Of a stretch of DNA of 64,000 bases, positions 30,783 through 41,797 are shown in pieces. Numbering within the stretch: the first letter of the stretch is position 1; every line of letters begins with the position of its first letter. Source of the DNA: Histomonas meleagridis 2922-C6/04-290x. Taxonomy: Eukaryota > Protista > Parabasalia. The position numbers were made by a program, and so were the translations under genes. The DNA is taken from contig JAANOX010000280.1 in NCBI GenBank assembly GCA_020184695.1, forward strand, positions 186,001-250,000. The letters run 5' to 3'. Under the pieces are notes generated by a model that saw only the letters and a list, made by a program, of their open reading frames with translations, was not told the origin of the DNA and did no database searches.

Positions 30783-32471
30783 CTACTTTAAAGGCATTGT
30801 TCTAATGCTGTCTTCTCTTTGTTTCTTTATCTGTGAAATTTTTAACTTGACATCATCAATAATTGGTGTATTCTTATAAGGGTTATATTGCGTATTATAT
30901 TGGTTATAATTAAATTTTTGATTTCTTTTTGCGATTTGAGCTAAAATTTGGTTATTTGTTATTTGTATATTCATAAAATCATTTCGTGCGTTTTCTCTTT
31001 CTTCGAATAAATACGATAAACTTGTAGAAATCAAATCTTTTAATTTTTGATTTGGACTTAAACTCATTGATTCTCTTAATGTAGAATTTAAATCTGATAT
31101 CAAATTTAAAATTTCATCATTTTCATCAAATTCATATTTTACATTTCTTTCATTGATATCATTTAACTTTTGTTGAATTTGTTTTAAGTTTCTTTCGATT
31201 TTATCCTTTTCGAATTCTTGATGTGATTTCTTTGATTCGAATTCAACTGTCTTTAAACTAATCATATGTAATCGTTGTTCAATCTTTTTTAATTCGGATA
31301 AACTTTGTTCTTGTATCATTGATATATTTGTTTTTTCTTCTTCAAGTTCTTTGATAATATTTTGAGTATTATTTTTGAAGATGTTTAAAAGTTCGTTGAT
31401 TTTAAGATTTAATTTTTTGAGTTTATTTATCTCAATTTTTTGATTTTCAGTATTTCGTATTTTTATTTCATTTAATTCTTGTATTAATGGTTTCGTTTGT
31501 TGATCAATTGCATTTTTTATTTTTTGTTCAATTAACAAATTGGATGTTTCATATGGTTTAACTTCGAATTCGATTATATTCGAAATTTCATTAGATAATG
31601 AATCCAAGAATTCACTTTCATTAAGTTGAATAAATGGTTGTTTAACATTAACTAATAATTCTAATTCGCGTACAACTGATTTCTTACAAGCCGATAGCGA
31701 TTGTTCAATTGAATTTGAAAGGTTTGTTTCGGTTAAATCGGTTGATTCTTGGTTTGGTGAAATTTGTTGGAAATTCATTGGAGTTATATTGCTTGGAGCA
31801 AAATTGACTTTTGGCTCTGTATTTATTTGAATTGTATTGTTAGGTGCAAAGTTGACTTTTGGTTCTGTATTTAATGGAGTATTACTTGCCCCAAAATTGA
31901 CTTTAGAACCTGAATTTTCGGGAATTTGCTCGGCTTCTTGTGTGATTTTTTCTGGTCGTTGTGGCGTTTTGATTTGATTGGGAAAATCAATCGGTGGAAG
32001 TTTGGAAAATAAATCAAATGATTGCTGTGGAGGAGATTCATCTGCTATTTGATTTTGATAATGAGCATTTGGCGTTTCAAAATATGTTTGATCTGTTTCA
32101 ACTGGAATTTGATTATTTTGATTATTTGGAAAATTATTTTGCGAATTATCATTTGTTTTAAATGCTTTACTTGTTATTTCTTTTGAAAGAAGTCTCCCAC
32201 CAAGTGGTCTTTTTAATAATGATTTAGGTTGGGCTTGTGGTTCCCTATTCATTGGAATTTCTTCAAAACCATGCGACATTCTTGGAGGGTTTGTGTTTGG
32301 TATATGATCTGAATCCATATAATAATCATCAAATCTATTTCCATTTTGTGATATATTTAATAAATTTCTTCCTTGATTAGGAGTTCTGTTATTAAAAGGC
32401 TCTTCATCGTATTGATTAAATTCGTTGTTGGAGTCGAAGGAAAATTGATTATCTGAATAATTTTGATACAT
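30783..32471 (-). CDS. Hypothetical protein, disordered N/Q/P-rich N-terminus and coiled-coil C-terminus
   Basis: 562-aa ATG ORF. Confidence 0.8.
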   Translation of the reverse strand: MYQNYSDNQFSFDSNNEFNQYDEEPFNNRTPNQGRNLLNISQNGNRFDDYYMDSDHIPNTNPPRMSHGFEEIPMNREPQAQPKSLLKRPLGGRLLSKEITSKAFKTNDNSQNNFPNNQNNQIPVETDQTYFETPNAHYQNQIADESPPQQSFDLFSKLPPIDFPNQIKTPQRPEKITQEAEQIPENSGSKVNFGASNTPLNTEPKVNFAPNNTIQINTEPKVNFAPSNITPMNFQQISPNQESTDLTETNLSNSIEQSLSACKKSVVRELELLVNVKQPFIQLNESEFLDSLSNEISNIIEFEVKPYETSNLLIEQKIKNAIDQQTKPLIQELNEIKIRNTENQKIEINKLKKLNLKINELLNIFKNNTQNIIKELEEEKTNISMIQEQSLSELKKIEQRLHMISLKTVEFESKKSHQEFEKDKIERNLKQIQQKLNDINERNVKYEFDENDEILNLISDLNSTLRESMSLSPNQKLKDLISTSLSYLFEERENARNDFMNIQITNNQILAQIAKRNQKFNYNQYNTQYNPYKNTPIIDDVKLKISQIKKQREDSIRTMPLK

Positions 32472-33055
32472 TTTTATATTTTATGTACGTTAATTATAAC
32501 GTATAAACGGCTGAAATGATGTGTTACACATTTTGCCATAAACTGCCATATTTGACTGAATAACCGTTCCTAGTATTCAATTTAATGCTTTAAATTATTA
32601 TTAAGTAAAATATATGTAAATTTTGAGTTCTTTTGAAATTTCGAACTGAGAAAAAGGTAGGAAATCATCGTCATTTTGGTAGATGCAGCAGCGGAGAAAA
32701 TTCATAAATCATCTTAAAAATTACGAAGATATCATATTTCACATAAGTGGAGATAATATTCCAAGCATCAGTTCGATTAACAATTGATTTATATGACAAT
32801 GAATATTTAATTTAATTTAAAATGACTATTTGTAATTTTATTTATAAATATTATGTGCCAAAAATGAATAATATGAAATTAAATGTATTAAAATAATTAT
32901 CATTTGCTTTCTTATTTGAATAAAATCAAATGAAACGTAAAAAAGATTTATATTATGAATTTGAGTTATTATTTATTATCATATATGATAATCATAATAC
33001 ATTACCATATGTTTCGAAGTTATATTATATCATTTGAAATGTATTTGTTATGTTT

Positions 33056-34030
33056 TATACAGCATTTATAATTGCTTCAAAATAAGGTTTTACAGATATT
33101 GTTAAAATGCTTCTTGAACAAGAAGGAATTAAAATTAATCACAAAATAGTGAAATTTACAACTTTTAGAGTATTAATATATTTTTTGTTGTATTTAAATA
33201 ATAAATGGAGTTAAATCTTATGATATGGTTCAGCGCACTTTATAAATAATGTAAATATAGTCATAAGGAAATTGTTAAATTACCTCATTAATGAGAAAAT
33301 ATCGATTTATATGTTGAAACTGTTAATATGAATGATTTTGAATGTGTTTTTAATTAATAATGTTTTTGTATAATTTTCAGAATTTTTTTTGATATTTTAA
33401 TATACCATATCTTGTAGCTTGTTAATATGGTCATAATAAAGTAGTTAAATTATTATTTAATCTCAAAGGAATTAATGTTATTGCTCAGCATGTTAATATA
33501 CATGATTTATAATATATGTTTTTACTAAATGATGTTTTTGTATAATTCTCGGAATTTTTAAATAATTTTCGAAACACCACCTCATATAGTCATAAGTGAT
33601 GGATATATAAATATAACAAAAATTTTTCTGAAAAGTAGATACACAAACTTAAATATTAAAGATAGTGTCATTTATTTATAGTTTATATAATGCAGATATG
33701 AATGCATATTCTCTTAATATTTATTAACCAAAATTGTTGTTAATAAAAAATATTTGGTTGAACAGCTTGAATGGTCGCATCTAATCATAATCAAATTGAA
33801 ATTGTGAAGCTATTGCTCCATCATAATAGAATTGAAGTTGACTGTAAATATATTTAATCACTTTTATTGATGTGATTTTTAATGTTTAAATGTTTGTCGT
33901 TCTAATACGAAATGGGTATCGTTCAATTGAAACTGCTTCTGATATAGCTCAAGATGGAGATGATATGGAAATATTTTCTCTTTTAAACGAATACATCGAA
34001 AGTTCGAATGATCGAATTTACGAAATTTAA
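33056..34030 (+). pseudogene. Decayed ankyrin-repeat gene with spacer-interrupted repeats
   Basis: Modules YTAFIIASK*GFTDIVKMLLEQEGIKIN, IPYLVAC*YGHNKVVKLL, ETPPHIVISDGYINIT, TA*MVASNHNQIEIVKLLL, ETASDIAQDGDDMEIF, separated by 77-95 nt AT-rich spacers; several in-frame stops. Confidence 0.75.
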
Positions 34031-34263
34031 TTTTTCACTCAATTCCTGCAATAAAAAGATCACATTTCACTATCTATACAATTATTTTATTGTGCTTAAA
34101 TTACATACAATGATACATTAAAGTTTCCGAAAAAATTTTATTGTTCGAATTAAACATATATTGCAAGGTTGTTGACACATATTAAAAATTGAGTATTGTT
34201 CAAAAAATAATAAGTAGATCTGAATTACAAAAATATTTAACAATTTACTGCACACATTTGACA

Positions 34264-34665
34264 TCACTTTACCTCACAAATTATTTCAATGCAATTCAAT
34301 TGAACCACAGAAACATTTAATTTCTGTGCTGTTAAATTAGTGAGTTTATTAATTCTCATTCTTTCGTACTTAATATCATAAAGACTTGTTGATAAATTTT
34401 GCTTTTCTGTGATAAAGTCTTGTTTTAATTTTCTGGTTTCGATATCAAATTGCTTTAATTTTAATTTGATTTTTTCATTTGCTTCCATAGCAGCGTCACG
34501 TGTGTCCCTGGCATCTTGTGCAAGTTTATCTGTTTCGTCTTTTTGAATTAAAAATTCTTTCTCAACTTCCCTAAGCTTATTTTCGTGCGAGCGAATCTCG
34601 TTTTTAACAGCCTTTATTTCGCGTTTGAGTTGCTGTACTGTTTTTGTTTTTTCTTGTTTGCTCAT
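34264..34665 (-). CDS. Small coiled-coil hypothetical protein
   Basis: ATG at 34665 (the track start is non-ATG); heptad pattern VQQLKREIKAVKNEIRSHENKL. Confidence 0.65.
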   Translation of the reverse strand: MSKQEKTKTVQQLKREIKAVKNEIRSHENKLREVEKEFLIQKDETDKLAQDARDTRDAAMEANEKIKLKLKQFDIETRKLKQDFITEKQNLSTSLYDIKYERMRINKLTNLTAQKLNVSVVQLNCIEIICEVK

Positions 34666-34784
34666 GAAATAAGTATAAAAGTGCTCGTTAACGTACTCCA
34701 GATTTTGGATCAAACTTTTGCATAAACTTAAGTTCGGGATAAAGGAAAATTTTCTGATGTAAAATATAAATTATTCAATAAATC

Positions 34785-34898
34785 ATTTTGTCTTTGTGTG
34801 CAGTTATCGACAAATCACAGTTTTGAAATTATATAAGTAGAACTGGTTTCGTGGGTAGAACAGGATGTGATACACGACGTATAATGTAAACCACATTT
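34785..34898 (+). ncRNA. Candidate box H/ACA snoRNA-like RNA
   Basis: Inr TCATT at 34783. Hairpin TTTGTC/GACAAA, H-box ATATAA (34831-36), second hairpin GGTTT/AAACC plus TCGTG/CACGA, ACA at 34893-95 followed by a T-run. Confidence 0.3.
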
Positions 34899-35222
34899 TT
34901 TTTTAAATCCCTAATTTATTAATTGCCTTGACAACCCTTGATTATTTATTATAAATTTTCTTGAAAAAGCTTGTTAATGAAATATTTTCAATATTTTTAT
35001 ATCTTAAATCATAAATTTAAGATTATTCTTCAGCGTGCCGAAAACATTTTGTAAAATACTGAATTTGATTTTATCGTTTGGCACTTTTTATGACGGTAAT
35101 TCAGTATAATATTTTGGCGTTTGACAGCGGCTTGAGTCGTTTTTGTATTCTGGTGTATTCAATTTTTTGTATTAATTATAGCGAATAGTCAGAATTTTGA
35201 TCCATAAAAACTTCGATTTATT

Positions 35223-36419
35223 TCATATTCCGAAAAATGACTGTTCATTGAAGTAGATATCGTCCAAATTCAACTGTACTTTTAATTCTCTCACTGGGTT
35301 TCTTAATAAATTTTCTTTGTCATTTTGGGCGTACTTCAGCTTATTTGAGAAAGCGTCGGCATATCTTTCGTACACATGCTGCTCTTCCTCCTTCATTGAG
35401 TTTTTTCCGCTTATTTCCAAGTTCAAAATGTTTTGTAACATTTGGATCAACGAAGGAGCGCACTTAATACCATCTCTAAATTGGACATAATATCGTGAAG
35501 CTTGATCATTTGTCATTGGGTTATGATATATATTTATCATCAGAACGCTTTGATTATTCTTATAATACATTGAAAACGCATTCACTTGTTCAGAAGGCGC
35601 TAATATATAATCATTATCCTTCAAGAAATATGTGTCGATTTTACTGTTTGGTGTAAACCAACAAACGAAATTCGCTTATGTTGGCTCTGTTTTGCCATTA
35701 AAAGAAGTAATTTCTTTAAGTGTTTGTAAAGGATTAGTTAAACATCCATAGCGTACAACAAATTCGATGAATGCGTCGACTGGACATTCGTCAGCATTAT
35801 TAAATAATGTTAGAAGGTTGTATTCAAGTTGTGACCTTGCATTGTCTGATAGTGTTTTATCTGAATCGAAAAGATATTCAATTGAGTCAGAAGTATAATG
35901 GAGTTATTCATGTGATTTAAAGAATCTAGATTTGATTTGGAAACTATTCTTACCTGATTGGAAAAAGTTCTTGTCAAGTTCTTTTGGTAATGAAAATGGA
36001 AATGTGATTTTATAATTAGGTGTGGGACATAATGAAAATGGTAAAATATTACATCGTTCAGCTGATATATTTTTGTCAAATTCAACAGACAAATGAACAC
36101 GGAATTTCCAATGTGTAATATCAGGAAGTTATGGAAATTGTGATCGTATTTCATTCGTTGAATTAGGAGTTATTGAAAATCCATGCTCTCGAAAATTGGT
36201 GTTCACTGAATTGACCTTTAAATTCATAAACTTTGCAAGAATTCGCGAATTAGTTGCAAAATGTTTCCCATCTGACATCCAGGATCCTCCTGTTTGTGTT
36301 ATGAATTCTGGATTTTTGTGAAGAAGAATTGCAAGTATTTTTTTTACAAATTTTATTTTGTTTGCAGCATCTCCAGTTACAAATGACTGAAGTTCTTCGA
36401 ATGTTGTAGGCAACTTCAT
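35223..36419 (-). pseudogene. Initiator-binding-domain (IBD, IBP39-like) transcription factor gene with three in-frame TAA codons
   Basis: IBD signature TNSRILAKFMNLKVNSVNTNFREHGF. One continuous 399-codon frame from ATG 36419 to TGA 35223, with TAA at 36129-31, 35904-06 and 35676-78 and no frameshift. Confidence 0.8.
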
Positions 36420-37306
36420 TTCAATGAAGATGAACAAACAATCGCAAGATCAAAAGGAGGCAAACTTTCTGTAACGTACGGTTTTATTGATTCAATTTTA
36501 ATCGTCATACACATTCAAAAAGTCAGGATTATGATTTTCGCCAAAAAAAAAATGAGAAATTCCCCTTTAAAAAGGAACTTGCTCAACATCACACTAATCA
36601 CCGGGGAACCAACGTCAAGCCTTTCCTATAAAAGTTAACTTAAAAATTATATAAAGTATAATGAATTAATCAAGCCATCCATCATCAAAATAAACATGTT
36701 TCAATTCCACAATTGGACTTAGTAAAGGTTACACCACATAAAAATTATTATTTTTTCCCCAAACTATCAAAATCTATATAATTTATATTATATAAACATG
36801 GTATCTGGGGAAACAAATATTGTTTTATTTCTATGCTATTTTTCAGCTCGAATTATTCAATATATAACATAAAGATTCAAAGATAAAATTACATATTTTC
36901 TTTGAAAGAAATTCAAGTTAAATGTAGACCAAAAATGCATTAAATTTTGAATATACATATGTATGTTGAAAAAAAACTATAAAATTGATTTTGGAATGGA
37001 AAAAAGAAAGAATCATTACATCCTATCAGACCTAACTATAGTTATAATAAAATTTTCTTTTATAAGCTCTTTTGTACCATTTTAAATTGACTGATTAATT
37101 AAACACCGAAAGTTTTCCATGGATTGGATACTTTTTAAAAATATCAAAGTGATTTTTTCTTAGAAACTTTCATATGAAATTTGATGCAATCATTCCCTCA
37201 GTCTAGTAGTTTGATTTTTTTTTTTGATTTTGGCGCCTTAGTCATAAAAGTGACATACATGAACAATTCAATTAATTACGATAGATGTAAGTAAAAGTGC
37301 TATATT

Positions 37307-38413
37307 ATGGAATCTCTTTTTGCAGTTCACCAAGAAGAAGAAAATCATGCAATGAACACAATCATTGATCAACAAATCATTGAAGTTTCATCATGCCTTC
37401 GCGATATCCAAGATGAAGAAAGAAATTTAGGGAAGCAATTAATGGAAATTGAAACACAATTAGAGGAAGTCAAAGCTGAAAATGACAGGCTAGATTCTGA
37501 ATGTCAGGAACCAAACGAAGAAGTAGACATTAATACAAGTTTCTTTGAACAACTTAGGCAAATTGAATCTCTTCAAGAACATTTTCAAGCGCAAATTAAA
37601 GGGCTCAAGGTTGTTAACCAACGAGTTAAAAACGAAATTAATTCAAAATCTTCCAAATTACGGCGTGCAATTTTAGAAAGAAATGAAAATTTAAAACAAA
37701 TGACCTCTATTACGAATGACAAGGAAAGTCGAGCAGGGGATCTATCAGCAAAAAGAGCTGAACTCTTTCGTCTTGATGAACAACTCGATACTATTACTCA
37801 AGAATGTGAATCCATCAAAAAATCAATTAAAGAACAAACAGAAAGCTTTAAGATCATTTCTCCAGACTCAAATCAGCTCCTTCTTAATCAAAAGCGAGAT
37901 CTAGAAAAACAATTACAATCCAAAAATGAAAAAATAAAACAATTATTAATGGAAGAAAAGGCACTCAAAGTACGCTTTGCAACACAACAGAAGAGCACCG
38001 AAAAGGAGTCTGCTGCCTTTCGGTCTCCTAACTATTGGATAAATGACAGATTGAATCTTCTCACAAAAATCAAGAAAACCAAAGAAGAAATCAACCAAAT
38101 GAAAGTAAGACAGAGGTCAGTAGTGAAAGGATCACAGAAAGATGGATGGAACGAAGAAGATGCAAAATATGCAATTCAATGTGAAATTCAATCTCTTAAC
38201 TATGAAAAGTTCCAATTCCTTGAAAACACTTTAGCAGTTGAAATTGGGTATAGAAAACAGATGGAGGAAGAGTTGAATGAAATCGAAGATGCATTAACAA
38301 AAGTACAAGAATTCAAGAGCGAAACAGAAAAATACAGAGAAGGCAGTACAGGAGAAGAGGAAGAGATTGAATTGCTGAAGAAAGAACTTGAGGAATTGAG
38401 AAGACGAATTTAA
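37307..38413 (+). CDS. Coiled-coil hypothetical protein
   Basis: 368-aa ATG ORF, long heptad repeats. Confidence 0.8.
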   Translation: MESLFAVHQEEENHAMNTIIDQQIIEVSSCLRDIQDEERNLGKQLMEIETQLEEVKAENDRLDSECQEPNEEVDINTSFFEQLRQIESLQEHFQAQIKGLKVVNQRVKNEINSKSSKLRRAILERNENLKQMTSITNDKESRAGDLSAKRAELFRLDEQLDTITQECESIKKSIKEQTESFKIISPDSNQLLLNQKRDLEKQLQSKNEKIKQLLMEEKALKVRFATQQKSTEKESAAFRSPNYWINDRLNLLTKIKKTKEEINQMKVRQRSVVKGSQKDGWNEEDAKYAIQCEIQSLNYEKFQFLENTLAVEIGYRKQMEEELNEIEDALTKVQEFKSETEKYREGSTGEEEEIELLKKELEELRRRI

Positions 38414-38676
38414 ATATATTAATTTATAAATGTAGACTTTTGATAACATGTAATTTTTACATTATTTACGAAACATGAAAATTGTGTTATAAGGATACTT
38501 TTATAAAGATTGAAATTCAATTTTCATAATAATATGTATAATTTAATAACCAATTAACCACTATTTAGGGACTTTGTAATGGAAATGTGCATAGTTATTC
38601 CAGTTCCATTTGCACTATTGATGGAGAACAAAAATCTAAAACAGAAATTGGTGACCGTTAATTCTACGACAAAAGA

Positions 38677-39639
38677 ATGTGCTTTCCCAAATATATTTGT
38701 ATCAATGATGATAAAAAATCATTTACATGTCTTTTGCCAACAGAGTATCATGTTTTTACAATTTCTCCATTAGAACATGTTCTAAATATCGAATTGAAAT
38801 CAATTACTGCTGGATCTTGTGCTACATGTGATGGATATCATTATATTGCACTAACAGGACTTCCTGCAGATCCTACCTTTAATCAAAAAAGTGTTGTTGT
38901 TTATGAACATTTAACAGATCAAAGAAAAGAACTATTTAAAAAATCATTTGATAAGTACATCCTAGAGTTACGTATCACCCCCAAATATTTAGCTTGTTCT
39001 TTTTATGACCATATTGAAATCTGGGATTATACTTCATCAACTCTTTACCAACAAATTCCCACTGCTATCAATGTTCATGCTCCTATTTCCGTATCTTATG
39101 ATTATTCTACGCTTGCCTGTACAGGTAATCAATCAAATGATATCAATATTTTTTCTTTTTCTACACGTTATAGCATCCAATTTCCCGCCGCTGATGGACC
39201 CATTTCATCCATTGTTTTTTCTTCTGATCGTGAAGAACCCTTATATTTTGCCACCGTTACATCATCAGGATGCATCATTAAAGTCTATGAAGCAGAAACA
39301 AGTTTCAATGTTATCAACTTCAAGCGCGGTGCTAGTAAATCTATTATTTATTCCCTAGACTTTTCTCCAGATAATAAATATTTAGCAGCAGTATCGCAAA
39401 ATGCAACAATTCATTTCTTCGACATGAGCTCTAAAAGCAAGAAAGCGCCGACAATTAGGGCATTCAATAGAATAAAAATTGGAAAAAGTTCAATTTCATA
39501 TATTTCGTGGTACGCATGTAATCAAATCGCTGTGTTGAAAATGAACGGAAAGTTATTAAAGATTACAATCGATCCAACAAATTGTAATGAGGTTGGAAGA
39601 GAATCAGTGTCTTTGAACCTTGGTGTACATAATGTTTGA
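38677..39639 (+). CDS. ATG18: Atg18/WIPI (PROPPIN) WD40 protein
   Basis: INFKRGASKSIIYSLDFSPDNKYLAAVSQNATIHFF matches the PROPPIN E(F/L)RRG...I.SL.FS.D...LA..S..GTVHIF block. Confidence 0.75.
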   Translation: MCFPKYICINDDKKSFTCLLPTEYHVFTISPLEHVLNIELKSITAGSCATCDGYHYIALTGLPADPTFNQKSVVVYEHLTDQRKELFKKSFDKYILELRITPKYLACSFYDHIEIWDYTSSTLYQQIPTAINVHAPISVSYDYSTLACTGNQSNDINIFSFSTRYSIQFPAADGPISSIVFSSDREEPLYFATVTSSGCIIKVYEAETSFNVINFKRGASKSIIYSLDFSPDNKYLAAVSQNATIHFFDMSSKSKKAPTIRAFNRIKIGKSSISYISWYACNQIAVLKMNGKLLKITIDPTNCNEVGRESVSLNLGVHNV

Positions 39640-39825
39640 AAAAATATTTATATATCTAAATTTGATGTTTTTTTTAACCCCATTTAATATTTTAATTTTG
39701 TGTTGCAGTGAGATATGTATAAAAATGAATAATATTTTATTTAAGAAATTTTTATTTAAAACTTAGGTAGAATTTTAGTAATTTAAATATAAAATTGTAA
39801 AAGGGTTTCACTTGGAATGATGGAC

Positions 39826-39847
39826 TATATATATATATATATATATA
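39826..39847. repeat. (TA)11 microsatellite
   Basis: Read directly from the sequence. Confidence 0.95.
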
Positions 39848-40273
39848 TTCTAAGTAATAAAATTCTGATTTATCATCTGAAATCATATGAAATAATTATT
39901 TCAAATATATGCTATTTTTTTTTTTCATTTGCAAAATGTCAAATATTGTTATGATTGTAAAATATACCATAAACGAAAAGAATTCAGAAAAAAAATAAAA
40001 GTTTGATATATATTTTTATTCTCTTCTTTTGTTACCATAAATTGTTCCATATAATTATATGATTTATAAATCGAAACAACTTTTATTCAATTAGCCAAAT
40101 CTAAAACATAAATTATTTTTTTATTACTTCTGTAAATATTTACAATATTGTTCAATAAAGATATTTAAATTTAAATCGTGTTTTCATAAGTAACTGATTT
40201 TCATTATTATTCCAATTTTATATAAATTTTTATTATAAAATTTTATTTATTATGAAATAATTAAATTAGCGCC

Positions 40274-41224
40274 TTAAGGTATTGGACAATCCCAAGGAGG
40301 CCTTAGCCAGTCCATCAATTTCGATTCATATTTGCTATGTAACTCCTGTAGCTCGTTCGGCAAACAAGGCTTCCATGCGTAGTAGTGCTGTCCGTTTCCT
40401 TCTTTGCAATAATCAACATAAGTTTTCAACTTTTTTATGTCGAATTTCCTTTCGTCCAAATGCTTTAAGTTGATTTGCAATGGTAACAATGTCTCTGAAA
40501 ATGGTTTATTTTCAATGATTTCAACAACGCCAATTAATGCACTGCTTTTAAGCTGCTTAATACTTTTTACTAAATCGTCTAACTCGCTATCTGTAATTTT
40601 TTTGGATTGACGTTGCGATTCTTTATATCGTGATGTTTCATACGAGGAACGACTCCCCTTTTCAAACTCTTTTTTCTTCTTCTGTAGCTCGCGTATGGCA
40701 GAGGCAATCCTAGATTCAACTTCTAATGTAAGATCGCGATCTGTTTTCCCATCATCAAATGGCGAGATGTCTGGATTGGAATCAATTTTTTTGAGATATT
40801 CACATATGTGATAAGAAAGACGCAGTGCTTCTTTATGATTGGGGTCTGTTGAGTTGGAATGCTCAATTACATTATTAAGCATGGTTTTGATATCATCAAT
40901 AAATTGACTAAAAGAAGAATATGAATTACCAAGTAATTTCTTGCGGATTGTACCAAGATCAATAGGTTTTTGTGTGGGATCAGCATATCGATCAAGTCTG
41001 TCAAGATTAATATCAACTGCAAAAGATCGCATAAAGTAACAACCTTCAGTGTATATGATAATGCGATCAAATAGAGGCCGCATCCATTTTTGAGTAATGG
41101 GTGTATCAGCTATATTAGGGAAATCCTTTGGGAGTGTTTTGCCAGGAAGAACATGAGTTGTCGTAAAATTAATTTTGGTATTTAAATCTGCTGATGAATA
41201 TGGAGAAATAGTGAAAGTTAACAT
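40274..41224 (-). CDS. Bromodomain plus ET-domain protein (BET/Bdf-like, divergent)
   Basis: KPIDLGTIRKKLLGNSYSSFSQFIDDIKTMLNN (bromo); ITDSELDDLVKSIKQLKSSALIGVVEII..LQINLKHL (ET). Confidence 0.75.
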   Translation of the reverse strand: MLTFTISPYSSADLNTKINFTTTHVLPGKTLPKDFPNIADTPITQKWMRPLFDRIIIYTEGCYFMRSFAVDINLDRLDRYADPTQKPIDLGTIRKKLLGNSYSSFSQFIDDIKTMLNNVIEHSNSTDPNHKEALRLSYHICEYLKKIDSNPDISPFDDGKTDRDLTLEVESRIASAIRELQKKKKEFEKGSRSSYETSRYKESQRQSKKITDSELDDLVKSIKQLKSSALIGVVEIIENKPFSETLLPLQINLKHLDERKFDIKKLKTYVDYCKEGNGQHYYAWKPCLPNELQELHSKYESKLMDWLRPPWDCPIP

Positions 41225-41787
41225 TGGGAAATTTTGATTTTAAAGTCCAATTGACTGTCTATGTTCGATTTACAGGCGCTTACCAAAAGAACATATTTCA
41301 CATCGAAGCACATCTTTATTATTTTAATTCCAGAAAAGAGTGATACTATTATTATTTTATTGGGTCAATAATATTTTATACACATAAAAATTTGATCATC
41401 AAAAAAAACATATTTTAAAAATAAATATCTTGACTAAAATTCCAACCAAACAAAGCAAACCATCATTCTATTCTGAGCAAATATGAGTATCATATCAAAA
41501 ACCAAATTGATAAATTGATTAAAAAAGATCGTCATATTTTGGGTTTACAATCATGAAATAATTGCAGTTATGCTTAACAAAGCGATTTGTCGGCAAGTTT
41601 TTCACCAATACGTCAAGGTGATGTTCATAAAATATCGTATTTTGAGACGAGACAACAAAAACGGTTTCCAACCACAAGCGGTTTTTTTAGCACAAAAATT
41701 GTGAGTGAAATTATAACCAACTAACCATTTCAATACAACCGTTAACTGGTTGGTCAGGAGTTAAACAACCGCCAAAAATAGCGGATC

Positions 41788-41792
41788 TCACT
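41788..41792 (+). promoter_or_regulatory. Initiator (Inr) TCACT upstream of the DUF1015 gene
   Basis: TCACTtcttaATG, 6 nt before the ATG. Confidence 0.65.
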
Positions 41793-41797
41793 TCTTA

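Noticed and set aside
33056-36419. Stop-codon reassignment (TAA = Gln) suggested by in-frame TAAs in the ankyrin, IBD and transposase genes
   Set aside because: Conserved genes here end in TAA at their expected C-termini (saposin LNLC*, DDX3, PSMA2, Rab-like CIVQ*), and TAG also terminates genes. Long ORFs have no internal TAR.
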